From Dicyema japonicum (Eukaryota; Animalia; Dicyemida), in assembly GCA_011109175.1 (NCBI GenBank), contig RDEW01000015.1:390310-454309 (forward strand): DNA of 64,000 nt. Reading direction: 5' to 3'. The position numbers were made by a program, and so were the translations under genes. Below the pieces are notes generated by a model, which saw nothing but the letters and a program-made list of their open reading frames with translations, was not told the DNA's origin and did not search any database. Positions 27,519 through 40,900 of the stretch are shown one piece after another; position 1 is the stretch's first letter, and each line of letters starts with the position of its first letter.

Positions 27519-27949
27519 CAAAATTTACTTTTCTTAAAGATCTAAAAAACACATGCTTGAGCCTATTTTACAAACTGATCAAGTTTTGGTTGTGTAAATA
27601 CGCTTATTTGTTAGGCAGCTGAGTTACTGTTTTTCTCCATTTTGTAATCTTAGGAATTTTACCATTATGCCTTCTTTCATCAATTTCTTTACAAAATTTC
27701 TTGGCGTCTTTTTTAGTATCTCAAATGTACTGCTAAAAACGTTGTGTCAGCCTCCAATGGAGTTATTTTGTTCGAAGTAGTCCTCATATAGATTATTTAG
27801 ATTATTCCAATAATTAATTGGAAATCTTGGAATTAATTCATTTTCTTGATATAATTGATCGAGAAATATTGATATAATGGATTTAATATCAGGAAAATCA
27901 GACGCTATCCAATCAAAAGTGTTCTTTACAGTGTGTGTAGGACTAAAGG

Positions 27950-29667
27950 AAGAGTCATTTCAACAGTTTTACAAATCTACCCGTTAATTTTAAATCACAT
28001 TCGACCTATTTATATCTTCATTATTTATGTAGTTGAAAATTCCTAATTTCAATATTTTTTTATTAATATTTTGTCATAGATGGAACATGCAGCATTTTGT
28101 CCGTGCGTATGGAATTTACTTTTGAAAAGAGTTTATTGCTCTCTTTTCAAAATCTGAGACAATAACTCTTGGTTCTAAATCCGGAATGAGACGTTTAATT
28201 ATTTGAAGCATTGTATCATTTTCAGTTTTTGATGATAAAAGACAAAATATTATCGGAATGACATATTGATTAATTATCACCGATACAGTCTAACCTCCAT
28301 TTGGAACACTTGGTGTTTCAAAAATAGAGGTTACTCCAAAAATCGTACAAAGATTTGTAATTATTGAGTACACAACTATACTTCGTTGATTAAAAATCTT
28401 AGAATTTAACGGAAAACTAACATTGTTTAAAGTAATCAGTAATTTTTTGTCCATAACCATATTTAAATTTTAAATTGCGCATTGAATATTTTTCTAAAAT
28501 CATCGCAATTGAAAATGTTTTGTTTTCCATATTCGAAAAGACACGTTTCGTCGCAATTTAAAATGTTTTGTTTTCCATATTCGTCAATTTTGACATTAAA
28601 TTCAATTAAAAACTCACCAATCATGGAACTGTCACTTGAAACTTTTTCTCCAGACAAAGTTTTAAACTTAAATTCATGTCTTTATTTTAATTTTTCTAAC
28701 CATCCGTTTGAAGCCTTAAAATTTTGGAGTAATATTCTAGATGTGACTTTCAGTCCTAATAAAATGATTTTAAGAAATACAATAATACCGATTTTTTGTA
28801 TTAAAGGCCTGGAAATCGTAGTTTAAGCCCATAAAAGGTGTAGATAACTTTAAGACAAGCAAAAAAATGAACAAAAATCTGCACGTGATTTAAAAATTAA
28901 TTTTAGTAAAATATAGAAACTGTAAAATTTAATTTTAAATTAAAATAATTATAAGTGTTCCAAAACGAGGTCTTTTTTGTAAGGATTTTATTAATTTTCT
29001 ATTAAAATTTTCGAAGTGTTCCAAATCTCGAGGGTGTATCAGGTGTTCCACCCTGGCGGTCCGTTCCAAAAAGAGGTTAGACTGTATGGTGATAACTGCT
29101 TCCAAGAAGAGGGCAGACAAAAATAGTATTTAAAAATGTCGTCATTTCAGAATTAAAAAATAACCATAATTGTCTCAACATCTGAAAAGTTAATCATTAA
29201 TATTTTAGCGAAAAGTGTATCCAAACTGATAGAATCTACGCCCTCGTAGGTATACATTAAATTCTCAATATTAAGAACTGAATCATCACTTTCGTGTGGG
29301 ATACTTTTTCTTGTTCTACCAATTAGTTGTCCCAGAGAAGAATGAGTCCCTGTCAAAGCAATAGTAGTCAAATTTCGTCCAAGCAGAGAATTATTTATTA
29401 TCTGTCTAGGACCCATATCACACAAGAGTGATTTCTGCTCTATGTCCTCCCGATTAAGGTTTTCATTACAAATTCACTCCTTGGAAGATGATTATGTTGC
29501 ACCAAACTCCAAACATCATTACACGATTGAATGGTTTTTACAAATCCAGGACAAGTACGATCTGAGCACCTCCAATATGTGATTTGTCCCTTCCTGTATT
29601 TTAAATGGTACAGATTTCCATCATGTTCTAAACTTATATTTTCCTTTCGGTTAACGAGAAACGGCAT
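27950..29667 (-). mobile_element. MULE/Mutator transposase relic with N-terminal FLYWCH finger
   Basis: YWRC...C...HNH at 29440-29667 and IPIIFCLL, SDFEKRAIN and CMFHL at 28070-28280. The frame rejoins across the Tigger insertion. Confidence 0.85.
28286..29084 (-). mobile_element. pogo/Tigger deletion derivative nested in the MULE
   Basis: TIR CAGTCTAACCTC..TTTGGAAC with TA TSDs. Translates FKASNGWLEK, LSGE and NCDET. Confidence 0.9.
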
Positions 29668-29849
29668 ACAATATTATTATTAGCACTACTGTAGGTCTTT
29701 CAGATGAGAGCAGATGTATTTGTGGTAATTTATGACTGTATCTGGATGAGAGATCAGTTTTTCCGTTGCGTATCCATTTCTTGTATTCTCAATATTATTG
29801 TATGTAATGTTATTATGTTTCTTATGTTTGATACCATGTTTCCCCAGGC

Positions 29850-32200
29850 TGAAGGTGACAATAACCATTCTGTGATCGCTGACAGTTGTTGAACCTTCGT
29901 ATGAGCATGCGTTTATAAGAGAGCGTTTGTCGTTAATCCGGCATATAATATATCAATTTGGTTGTATATAGGAACTAGTTTTCCATCTGAGTTTTTTGTT
30001 AGCCCATTCAAATGGTTGTGTGGCATGCACGATGAAAGAATGCAGTGTTACACAATAACAATTTGTTTGCCGGGCAGAAGTGGCCAAGTATGGTCCCAGG
30101 GAAGTTTCTTTTCCCACGTCCGTGTCTTCCCATGAAGGTATCTTCTGAGTTCTTTTTTGTTCCAATTTTCGCATTTAGATCGCCAGCAATGAATATAAGT
30201 GAAGACGACTCATATTCATGATACTTCTTTGATAGTGCTTTATCCAGTTCAGTCGTGTTTTTTGCCACTTTTCCACAGTGGCATATTTCCATGGTTTTCA
30301 TCGAGATAGTACGTAATTTTCGTCTCTTGTATACAGCCAATAGAAACGTTATATCTTTCTAGGTCATCACAATAAGTATTTTTTGACTGAGGCTTAGATA
30401 TTCCTCAGGTATTGAACGTAAGAAGCTTTAGGGAAAGCATATTCTCTTGTATCTTCTGCTTTTTAAACATTTTTCGTTGTACAGAGAAGAACGGCATGCA
30501 ATAGTGAATCAGGAATGATTTTTCAAATGTTTTGGCCAATTTGTCAATAATACCTTCTAATTGAAGGTTTGTTGACGTGAGATCTATGTCATTTGCGAAG
30601 ATGACTTCCGTTATATGTCTGGAAATATTATTCCTGGCCTCTCGTAGGGTTGTCTCCAGATATGCGATGAATAAGACCGGGGATAGGGCGTCTCCTTGGG
30701 GGTGCCCTTGTTTGTTTCGAATACTCTGGATTTCTGATTTCCGAGGTGGATAAATAGTTGAGTGGAGGAGAGTAGATAACGAATAATTCTGATGCAATCT
30801 TCCACAAGTAGAGGTGTTAATAATTGTATCATCTTGACTTTGCTGATTGAGTCAAATGCCTTAGATAGGTCGATTCCCATTATATGGTACTCCTCTATAT
30901 TTTTGGCATGAAGCACACATCCATTTGTGGCTCCAAATGGCATCGGAAATTGATCTTCCAGAGACAAACCCACGTTGGCTAGCTCCGATAAATCCACGTA
31001 GTGGGGCTTTTATTCTGTCCAGAGCAATTAGCGATTTTTTTCGCAGTGAGTTGAGTAGTATGATTGGTCTTAAGCTGTTTAGCATTCCTTTTTTTCCCCT
31101 TTTGATTAATTTTCAATTCCGATGTTAATTATGGAGTGTTCCTCAAAAGTTTTGTTCAGAATGTGAGTAATGAGTTTTAGAAACTCTTCAGGAGCGTATT
31201 TTATGAGCTCTGCATTAACATTATCTGGCCTGGGGCTTTTGAGTTGTTTAGTCTAGTCACAGCCTTTTTAACTTCCGTTGAAGTTATTTCTGGTGATAGC
31301 TTTCTGGGGACTCCATCAAACGGATAAACGTTTCTTTGTTTTCAAAATTGAAATATTTTTTGAAGTGATCAGCTATGGTGTCTGTGCGTTCCTGGTTGTT
31401 GTAAATGGTTCTTCCGAGTTCATTATGAACTGTTAGATTTTTAGATTTAATCTTTCGCGCTAGCATCTTTACAGATGCATACATTTGCGCTTCGTGTTTG
31501 TACTTTCCTACTTCATTTACAAGGTTTTGTAGTTCTGTTTCGTGGTTTATCTGACATTTTTTCTTGATTTCTCGCATAATTTTGTTTATTTGGATTTTGA
31601 ACTCATTTGCTTTTACTTTGTTGTGGGTGTTCATGCAGTAGATCCTTTTGTAATGAAAGAGGTGATCTATATGTGGGTCGTGTATTTCTTTGAAGGTGTT
31701 GGGAATTGTCCCAATCGTGGATTATTTTGTTTACTAGTTATTCCATAAACTTCCAACAGGTAGATTGAGATTGATCGGTTCTATGGTTTGTGATATTTTA
31801 GCTGAATAGTTATTTCTGTGGACAGGATTGTTTCTTAAGAGTTCGACTTCATATCTAACTTCTCTGTGTCTGTTTTTGACTCTGTTAATCCAAAATCTTC
31901 TCTTTAGAAGAAGTTTGACTACCAATAGTTTATGGTCATTCGATGTTAGCGTTCCTCCATATGTTCGGGCATCTGAGAGTTGGGCTTTCTGTGATTGTCG
32001 ACACAGAATGTAGTTGGGTTTTTAGAGACTTTTGGAGATGTATGTGCATATGCATTTATAATTGTAATTGTAGAGTTAGATCCAGTTTCCAATTGAATTA
32101 CGCAAATTCTGTCATTCACTTTCCATATTCTTTTTATATATTCCCGGAGTCTAATATCCACCGCAAAGCCCATTTCTTTCGTTCATTAATTTCTTAAAAA
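29850..32200 (-). mobile_element. RTE-clade LINE fragments (APE and RT), rearranged
   Basis: Contains IAGDLNAKIG, INAYA, LRPIILLN, GIDLSKAFD and PQGDALSP. Confidence 0.85.
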
Positions 32201-33449
32201 AGGAAATCTCTTATAAGTTGAGAGTAAAAAACAAGGGTTTGCTGCCAAAAGGCTCCAAATAGAACTTCATAGGATTAATGATCCGTCGACTCGAATTGTC
32301 GTAAACGTTTGGGGTCTGTCAAAAGTCCAACAGAGATAAGCTTAAGTAGTGATTCTACACATCTAATGTCAAAGCCGATGAAAATATTTGGCATTTTCCA
32401 GTCCTAAATGTTTATTCTCTGTGGTATGTGGTCACTTTATGACGCTCAGAATTATCGAAAGTCAGGAGTGATGAAAAGTGATTTTTGACTTTATTTATTT
32501 ATTTTTACCTCCACATTTTATGACAAATTTATAAAATATTTTAATGTAAAGATAAATTTTATTAAACGCGTTTTCTGGTACAAAATTCCGGTCTTTAGAT
32601 GAAAATTTTTGCAATAAAAATGTATTCCAAAGGATTTCTCTGGCAGTTGTCAGAGGAAACAGCCACTCAATTCTTTCTGTTGGATCATTTTGATTTGTTA
32701 CACAATAAATAAATTTAAGAAAAAAATTAAAAAAATCTTATCTCAGCAGATAATGTATAAGTCAATTTTCAAAATAGCATGGAGAATTATGTTTTTTTAC
32801 TTTTTGTAACGGAAATAACTTATTGACATCTAGATTCCAGATATTTTTAATTCCTCATTAATCGTGTCTGAAATACAATTTTTGAATCTGTTAGCTACGT
32901 TTTGTATGGTGAAATAAGTCTTTTCACTTATACACCATTGTTGACATAATATGCCGATAAATTGGTTCCCGTCCCGCAGATATTTAGCACTCAATGGGAA
33001 TTACCTTTCATGATCACGAGCCCAATGTTCTGGCATAGCCATTGTGTCATTCTTGACTCTCCTTTTCGCAGTCCTGCAAGCCGACAATTAATATGATAAA
33101 CTCAGGCATGCTATGGCCGAGCACGCAAAACGTCTCAACTGAGATCTGCTGGAACCGATCTCCAAAAATTGCCTCCAAGCATCTTTCCATTAAAATCTAA
33201 TCTCCATTAAAATTCTCAATTATTTTTTTAATCAACAAAATTTTTATAATAATATTCAACAACTTTAATCAAACTGCCCCTCAACGTCTTTAAAATATCC
33301 TCTGATTTTTAGGCAAGGATGTGAAGATATTTACTCAAGTTATGTAAATTAGAATAAAAACTTTCAATACTCAGCAATATTCACATCTGTCTTTAAATAT
33401 CGGTTTCGTCGATCAAAACAAAAACTTTTTTCAATTCTATATTAAAATA

Positions 33450-34790
33450 ATGTCACATGGGCGGCGCGTAACGCATGGGCAGCTTGTTACATTTTTTCGA
33501 CCTTGAAAAGGTCTTTTGATTATCCGACATATAATTTTGTTTATCCGATTTATATCGTGATTTAATCCTGTTAATTAGTTTTTTATTCATAAATGTTATG
33601 ATTATAAAAATTTTATTTTTTATAGCGGTAAACCTAGATTTCTAGCGTGATTTATAGCATGGATGTGATCCACCTGTCTAGGTGACGCCCAGTGCCAGGC
33701 CGGCACGAAAAAGGATCATTTGCTATTCCCCACTCCACTGGAGGGGTTTCCACAACTGCATGTAATGGACATCTTACCTTTTATGCTGATTCCGGGTGGA
33801 CTCTGTTTCTGTAGAAGTGGAAACTGGATACACTTAATTAGTTGTTTACTTTAACTTCTTTCTCGTGTATCCGGGGTTAATAAATTAAATTTATAGGATG
33901 GAAGATTATTTTGTTGCAATGGCTTCTTACAAGGGTTTTGTGAAAGATTGCGTTGAATATCAAACTTTAAAAGATGCTTTGCATGATAAATTTCCGAAAA
34001 TCTTCCGAGGCACCGAAAATATAGGCTTGTAAAGAAGATAGAGAATTTTTCCATTATCAATGACAGGTATTGTAAATTTGCAATAATTTAGACTGTATCT
34101 TAAATCAACTGATTCCAAGTTAGTCATATCCCTGGATAATGAAACCGAAATGGAGCATGTTGCGAAATCGTTGCACGAGTTTTCACACGGAGGAGTCAAT
34201 AAAATGAGTATGAATGTCGTCAAAGATACTTCACTGTAAAGGATGAGATTATCAGAAAAGTCATTCGAAATTGTGAAGTCTGCAACTCAAATTTTCGCGT
34301 CCTTTAAAAGTTCAAGATTTTTATAGATTGGAGATATAAATCACCATGTGTTCGCTTCTTGTCCAAATGAACGTTTTCAAATAGACATGATAGATCTGAA
34401 AAGATTTTCAACACTAAACGAAAATTTCAAATTGATTTTAACGGTCATTGACATTTATAGTAGGTTGGTTTTTTTTAATTTTTTTAATAGATTTGCATTT
34501 GCACGACCACTCTATAATAAGTCTGGTAAAGAAGTGTGTCAAAACTTAAGATCTTTGTTTCGCCTAAATTGACCATGCAAATTTCTTCAATCAGACAATG
34601 GGTCTGAATTCAAAAATCAATAAATAACCCAACTATGCGTTGATTTTAACATCAAACAAATCCACGGAAGGCCTAACAATCCACGAGCACAAGGAATTGT
34701 CGAAAGATTTAATCAGACGATCACGAGGAAGTTGTCAAAAATGCTGGATAACAGTGAAAAAGTGGCTTGATAAATTAGAAAGTGCTGTCT
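33450..34790 (+). mobile_element. Ginger-like (rve integrase) DNA transposon relic with tiny intron(s)
   Basis: Has an HHCC finger (H...HGG...CEVC), ERFQIDMID, LQSDNGSEF and QGIVERFNQT. No RT or LTR is nearby, and a T-rich GT-AG intron lies at about 34463-34490. Confidence 0.75.
33663..33888 (+). mobile_element. Pseudoknot-headed SINE (family A), missing the first ~6 nt
   Basis: Near-identical to 48053-48290. The TSD ATTTATAG(C/G)ATGG lies at 33650-33662 and 33889-33901. Confidence 0.9.
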
Positions 34791-34902
34791 ACGTCAAGCC
34801 CTTTTCGCATCGTAGATGCGTGGAACCTTCCACCCGGTGAACAGCGGCGAGAATCGAACCCGTAACCTAAGTCACTTTACCCCGACACCTAACCACCATG
34901 CC
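34791..34902 (-). mobile_element. tRNA-derived SINE, 5' fragment
   Basis: Reverse complement of the first ~110 nt of the 59363 SINE, including the A and B boxes. Confidence 0.85.
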
Positions 34903-35311
34903 CTTATTCTATATTGAATCAAGTTAAAAAATCAAGTAAAACCTCAAAAATAGTTTCGGTCAAGTTACCTTTGGCATAAATTTTCTACAGTTTTCTGAAA
35001 GCGTATTGTGAAGTATATTGATATCCAATATCATCAAATATGGCTTGTGAATTTTTACCGTTCCAATGGGAGGGAAAATCAGAGAATCGGTAGATGCAAT
35101 GGGGAAATCGCATATTTTTACAGTGGCACCTGCGAAATAGTAATAAAAAGGGTATACCTGTTAGAGATGTTTCTTAAACGAATGATAAAATAAAAAACTG
35201 TTTTTTGCATGTGTCACATATGTTGCACATCATGTCCACATGTGAATTGATAGAAAATTCGCCAGGATATTTTCCAACAACAGTTTTAGCTCGTTTTGAT
35301 GGGACACTTCA

Positions 35312-35480
35312 TTATTATTATTTATTTATTAACCCCGGATACACCGAGAAGGAAGTTAAAGTAAACAACTAATTAAGTGTATCCAGTTTTTTTTACAGAA
35401 ACAGAGTCCATCCGGAGTCAACATAAAGGGTAAAAGACGTCCATACTTGCAGTTGTGTAAACCCCTCCAGTGGAGTGGGG
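35312..35480 (-). mobile_element. Family A SINE, 5'-truncated
   Basis: Reverse complement of 33728-33888. Confidence 0.9.
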
Positions 35481-35559
35481 GAGAACATAACAACAGGTTA
35501 GTATTTTATTAATATGATAGGCACGTACTCGATGCCAAGATCAAAGCATGTAAACACGA

Positions 35560-37460
35560 AAAGTTAACAATCTAATTAACATCGCCCACCTTTTTCGATC
35601 CGTTGCCATGTTCCGTAGCATATCTAGATCATCCCCATCTTTAAGGCACTTTCCAATCTCCTGAGATCTTCATCTAGGATTACCAGCAGTGTTGTCCTAG
35701 GCCGGCCGCGGAAACGCAAAGCCTCTAAGACAAAATACTCATCCATTGCTATGTTGGCAGGGGTCTCCATATCGTGGCGGAGTATGTGTCCAAACAGCCT
35801 CCATCTTGAATCAGCAATATCACACGATATTGGCTCAGTTCCTGTTCTTTCGTATAAGATTTCGGACGGCATTTTGAAAAAGCTTCGGGAAGAAAAAAGT
35901 GGTCGAAGATGATTTCTGTGAAAAGAATTCAACTTTTCGAGTTCTTGCCTTGTAAATGCCCATGTACCGACATTATATAATAGGATTGGCCTCACTAGGA
36001 CATTGTATAGTCTCATTAGAGTTTTAGGGTCAAGCCCTTTGTGCAGAAGCCAGGTCTTTTTCATTTTGTTGAAAGCGACATTAGTTAGTGTCTTCCTTCG
36101 TGTTATATCTTCGGTGTCACCGAGAAGGGATCCTAGTTGTTTTACATTCAGCCATTTTATCAGGCATTTTCTCCAAAAGTGCAATTAACTCTTCTTTGTT
36201 ATTCGAAATAAAGTCCAAGTCATCTGCATAAGCTATTATGCTCGTTCCTTCTACCGATATGAGGCTTCAAGTCTCGTAGAGCTGCCTCCAAATAAATAAT
36301 AAACAAAATCGGGGATAATGGATCTCCTCGAGGGGTACCAATTGTCGTTTCAAATGTCCTGATAAAGCTTTCCCAGTCCTGATCATCAAACTTGTGTCCG
36401 TCAGGAGTATCCTGACCATCCTAATCGTTGAGCCCTCCAAGAAGTGCTCCAGTATTTGCAGCAGCTTGTTCCTGTTGACGTAATCAAAGGCCTTTGACAC
36501 ATCAATCCCCAGAATAGTTGTCATTATTTTAAATTTTTGAACAGTCGCACTTCTCCATTAGTGGCTCCATATAACATCTGACGTTGACCTCCCTTTGCGG
36601 AAGCCACTTTGATAAGCCGACAGGTACGAGTCTAGGTGTCCCTCCATTCTTTGAAGCGTAATATTGGCTAGTATCTTCCGCAATGTGTTGGTTAAGACCA
36701 CTGGTCTTAGGTTATTTCTTCAGTGGGTGTATTAGATACGTACTCCTCTTTTAGATATATATCCGCAGCAATCATGATCTTCTGTTTGACCAAGGTCCAC
36801 GCAATTTGCTGTGTCAAATCAACTGATATTTCTTCCACTCCCTCATCCAGGTATTTTCTGAATTTCTCTCCCTGGATAGTATTGTTTTTTAGATGGTCTA
36901 TAACGTATCCCTTCCCCCGCAGTTCCGTGTGTCCATTACACTTTCGTTTAATCCCTTGCAAACCCATAAGTTTCTTTAAGGATATTTTGGCGATAACCAT
37001 CTTGTGATCGCTGTCAATTATGGACCCTCCATAAGCACGGGCATCAGTGACAATACTGCGGTCTCTTTGTCTGCAAATAATGTAGTCTATTTGATTGTAG
37101 ATTTTCGCAATGCTTCCGTCAGACTTAGTTCTATTGCCTGACCAAGTTGTCCTGTGTCTTGCCGAGTGCATAAAGGCCGTGTTACAAAGGAATAGGTTAT
37201 TTGCTTGACAAAAGCTGCTAACAAGGTTCCTGCAATGTTCTTTTTTCCCCTTCCATGTCTTCTTCCAATGAATGATTCTTCTATAGTGATTCGATTTCCA
37301 ACTTTTGCATTAAAATCACCGGCAATCAATCTTAATGTGGAATTTTCATAATTGGAATAAACATCAGACAGATTCGCATAAAAGTCGTCAATCTCCTCGG
37401 GTTTCTTATTGATCCATCCACTATGTGGAGCGTATGCGTTAATAATAGTAAGATAACTCT
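35560..37460 (-). mobile_element. RTE-clade LINE with internal deletions
   Basis: Contains INAYAP, IAGDFNAKVG, QIDYI, SDHK, GIDVSKAFD, AYADD and WRLFGHILR. Confidence 0.9.
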
Positions 37461-37950
37461 TAGAGACTTTGGAGTCTTTTTACATAGTTCTACAAAATGG
37501 TGAAGGAACAATGGTCACCAAAGACTCTGATGAGCACTGAATTATTAAGAGTGGACCTTAATGCTTACATTTTTAAAAAAATATAAACCTCAAGTTTCCT
37601 CCACTCAGCTAGAATTGGAAACTTTACATCCAAGTGTACGACATTCTGTTTAAGTTACCGACGTCTTGCTGCTATGCAAACTGAGGAACCTAGAACGATA
37701 GTGTCTTCTCGATAATTGGTCTTTTACTGTATTTCAATCTATCGTCGATATATCTCAATCTATCGAAGGTCTTATCTATTATAGTGGTTGAAGGTCACCT
37801 CCTCTTGCTAAAAGGGGACGTTATTTTTTGCATAAGGGAAAAGACCCACACCCTTTCCTCCACTAGACCTTCCTTCATTATGACTGTTTTCGAGTGGATT
37901 TATTCCATAATCATTAAATTATTCGAATTACACATTAAAGATAAGTAAAA

Positions 37951-40900
37951 TTACTGTGAAATAATTAGATTACCAAGTCCGAAGCACCTAAGGTTATAAA
38001 GTGCATATTTTCCGAATTTATCAAATGGCATCAACAGAGAGTCAAAATTGGTGGTTTGTTGCTCTAGACAACATTACCCCGATAAATCACCAATTTCCAC
38101 GTTTTTACCCTTCTTGGCAGAGTTTCTAGTTTTACCCATTTCTTTGACTGCATTGGGCTCTCGTTTATCTCCGTATCTCTGCAACAAGATCGCCTGCCCA
38201 GTCGTGACCCCATTCCCGAGCATATCTAAACTACAGCAAAATCTACACCATTTAAAAAACAGTACATTCTCGCGGAGTTTTCGTGATAAATCGAACTGTG
38301 AGTGTTGCTAATAACGCAATCAACTCCCGCAAGAGAAATTATCAAGGCGGTCTCCAATGAATTACAGTGTCTAAATAAAAAAATAGAAAACTCTTGGTCG
38401 CGGATTTTATTTTCTCCGCTTTTCCTCATTTTATCGAACACCATGAATATTCTACAATCTCAAAATGACACAGATTTGACAACCTTCCAAATTCATCGCG
38501 GAAATTGTAGAATTTGAAAGATAGTCGTAAATTTGTTCATATCCGTAGAAGATGAATGAATTGCAGTTCGATAAATATACTTCTAGTTCCCCAGGACTTA
38601 ACAATCACTCCCAGGGGTACCTCACTACATGATCACTTCCAGTCAGACCAAGCCATCGCGGTGTTAAGAAATGCTCGTAATCATTCAAAACTTGTTTAAA
38701 CAGCTCGCACGGCGTGAAGTCATCATGATCTTAAATTAGAGCGACTATGAACCTCCCATTTTGTATTTATTGTGAGGATCGACAGTATCTGGGGAGAAAT
38801 TAGTAAAATTGTACATTTTATGTGCATACAATCCACCTTCTCGCAGTTTGGGGGAATTTGTCTGCTCAAGGAAGCCTATAGTAGAAAATATTGTTTTTTA
38901 CAATTTTTGCTTGCTTTTTGGAGGTTTCCTTGACGTTTGTGATCCTGGAAGGTCGCAAAATGTCATTTTTCCGTTTTTCGTTGATTTGTTGTTGGGCTGC
39001 ACATAAACCCAACAAGTACTCTTTTCTTCCCTTTTGTAACGGTAATGAAATAACTGCAGAGAGAAATCTCTGGTAGCCATCATAACCGAGTTCATGTCAA
39101 AACAAGCTTCTAATGGCATCCCCAACAATATTTCATCCGCGAAAATCACGGCAGACTCGTTTTCACCGAAAATATTTTCTCCGTTTCTACGAATCATAGG
39201 ACTGATCCACTTTAGCGTCACCAGAACGGGATTCAGGTAATCACTTAAAAGCCCACACAAAGTCTCGAATTCCAAGTCCAGTCGTCCGGAAAGTATTTGC
39301 CGATTTTGCTGGAATTTGATTCTTGAAGTTTCAGAGTCCACCACGTCGATTTTAACGGCCAAATTATGCTCAAACATAAAAATAGAGTCATCCACGTGCT
39401 TCAAGTAATCCTTATTTGCCTCGATGACCTTACTCCTTTCCAAATCCCCCACTTTTATCCGCGTAATGTTGCATATTAGTTTCCCTACAATACACGTGCT
39501 TATCCCAACCTTTTCCCATGCTCTTTAGAATGGAAGCAGCATATAAATAGTTTCTGTAATCAAGCAATAAGTCGGTACCCCGAATGCTGGAGGACAAGAA
39601 GATTCATATTGTTCGAGTAGTCCTTAAATTGGTCGAAAAAGTTTTGGCTGATTCTTAGTCTCTGCCAGGCCTAAACTGAGTTTCCGAGTTACTTTAAAGT
39701 CCATGAGAATATCCTCAACCTTTAGGAGTTCAAATATGAGGTTTAATCGTGGATTTCTAAATTCATTATCTGTCAGCAGTTTTCTTATATTCAGCAAATA
39801 TCCGAGTTTAGAATTGTTCCCACGAACGTTCGATTTTAAAAGAACTTTTTCCATCCAAGCTGATGCTTTGGAACTCTTTGATTATATTATATCGAGACTT
39901 GGCAGAGCGATAGCATCTGAGCAGAGATGAAGGGCTCCAAAGGTCCCAGAATATCAACAAACTCAAGGCACAACTTAGATACATCCTTATTATCCCTCAA
40001 AAGTGAATTGAGAGACTGCAAGACCACCTCTGTACCCATTTTCAGCAACCAAGCGGCTTTCCCCAATTTACCTGAAATGTGGGGGGCATCTTTATCAAGT
40101 TTCTGAGCGTAAATAAATTAATATGTAACTTGGCGATTCCAATGATCAATTTTATATGGGAGTAACTGATTATACGAGAGTAAAAGACACCGTGAAATGA
40201 GGTGGAGACATCTTCCCTTATCTACGCCTTTTTTCAGAGCCGAACGAGCCAGGACGATGCTGTACTCAACAGAGGCTCTATAAAAGTTATTCCACTCCTC
40301 CTTTTCCGATATCTTCCCCATCACGTCAACCCCGATGGCACAAAAACTCTACGAGATAGAATGATGACCAAACCTTGGCTACTGGTTCATCCATCTTAAT
40401 AGATTTAATATGAAGTGACCAAAACTGGAATAAATCCAGTAATAAGGCAGAATATTCAACTTCTACTTTCGTCTTGACTGAGTTTATGACATATTTCGTT
40501 GTCTACCAGTTTATATGGAGTTTACATGCGTTGGGGAGAAATTTTGGTCAACCATAGCTCTCATCGTCTTCAAAGTGGATATTATTTTATTGTAGAACGA
40601 AATTAACTTCAAGTAACCGATTCACTAAACTTTTACGAATATTTCAATATTTTCATCATTTTCTGCGACTTTTGTCCTCCTTTTGTAGAATTCGTGCCAA
40701 AAGTCGATTACATCAAGTCCTTCGTCGAAAAATGATAACTCAATCAATCGAATGCCTTTTCCGCAATTTCGTCAAATCTGTCTAAATTTTCATTGATTTT
40801 TATTTCCCTGAGCAATTAATTTTACGATAAACAAAATTTGTAGCCGCAGTAGGAATCTTTGGAGGTCTCTTTCATTTACAACTATGGTCATTTGCCCCAC

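Noticed and set aside
30478-30500. ACAGAGAAGA..GCATG resembling U6 snRNA
   Set aside because: No flanking U6 similarity, and the opposite strand reads like a LINE ORF2 remnant.
37520-37570. CTGATGAG hammerhead core (also at ~2620)
   Set aside because: No stem II-GAAA-stem III arrangement follows.
37785-37860. Another pseudoknot head (GGTC ACC ... GAAAA GACC CACAC)
   Set aside because: Only P2 and the downstream flank fit. P1 and P3 cannot be drawn convincingly.
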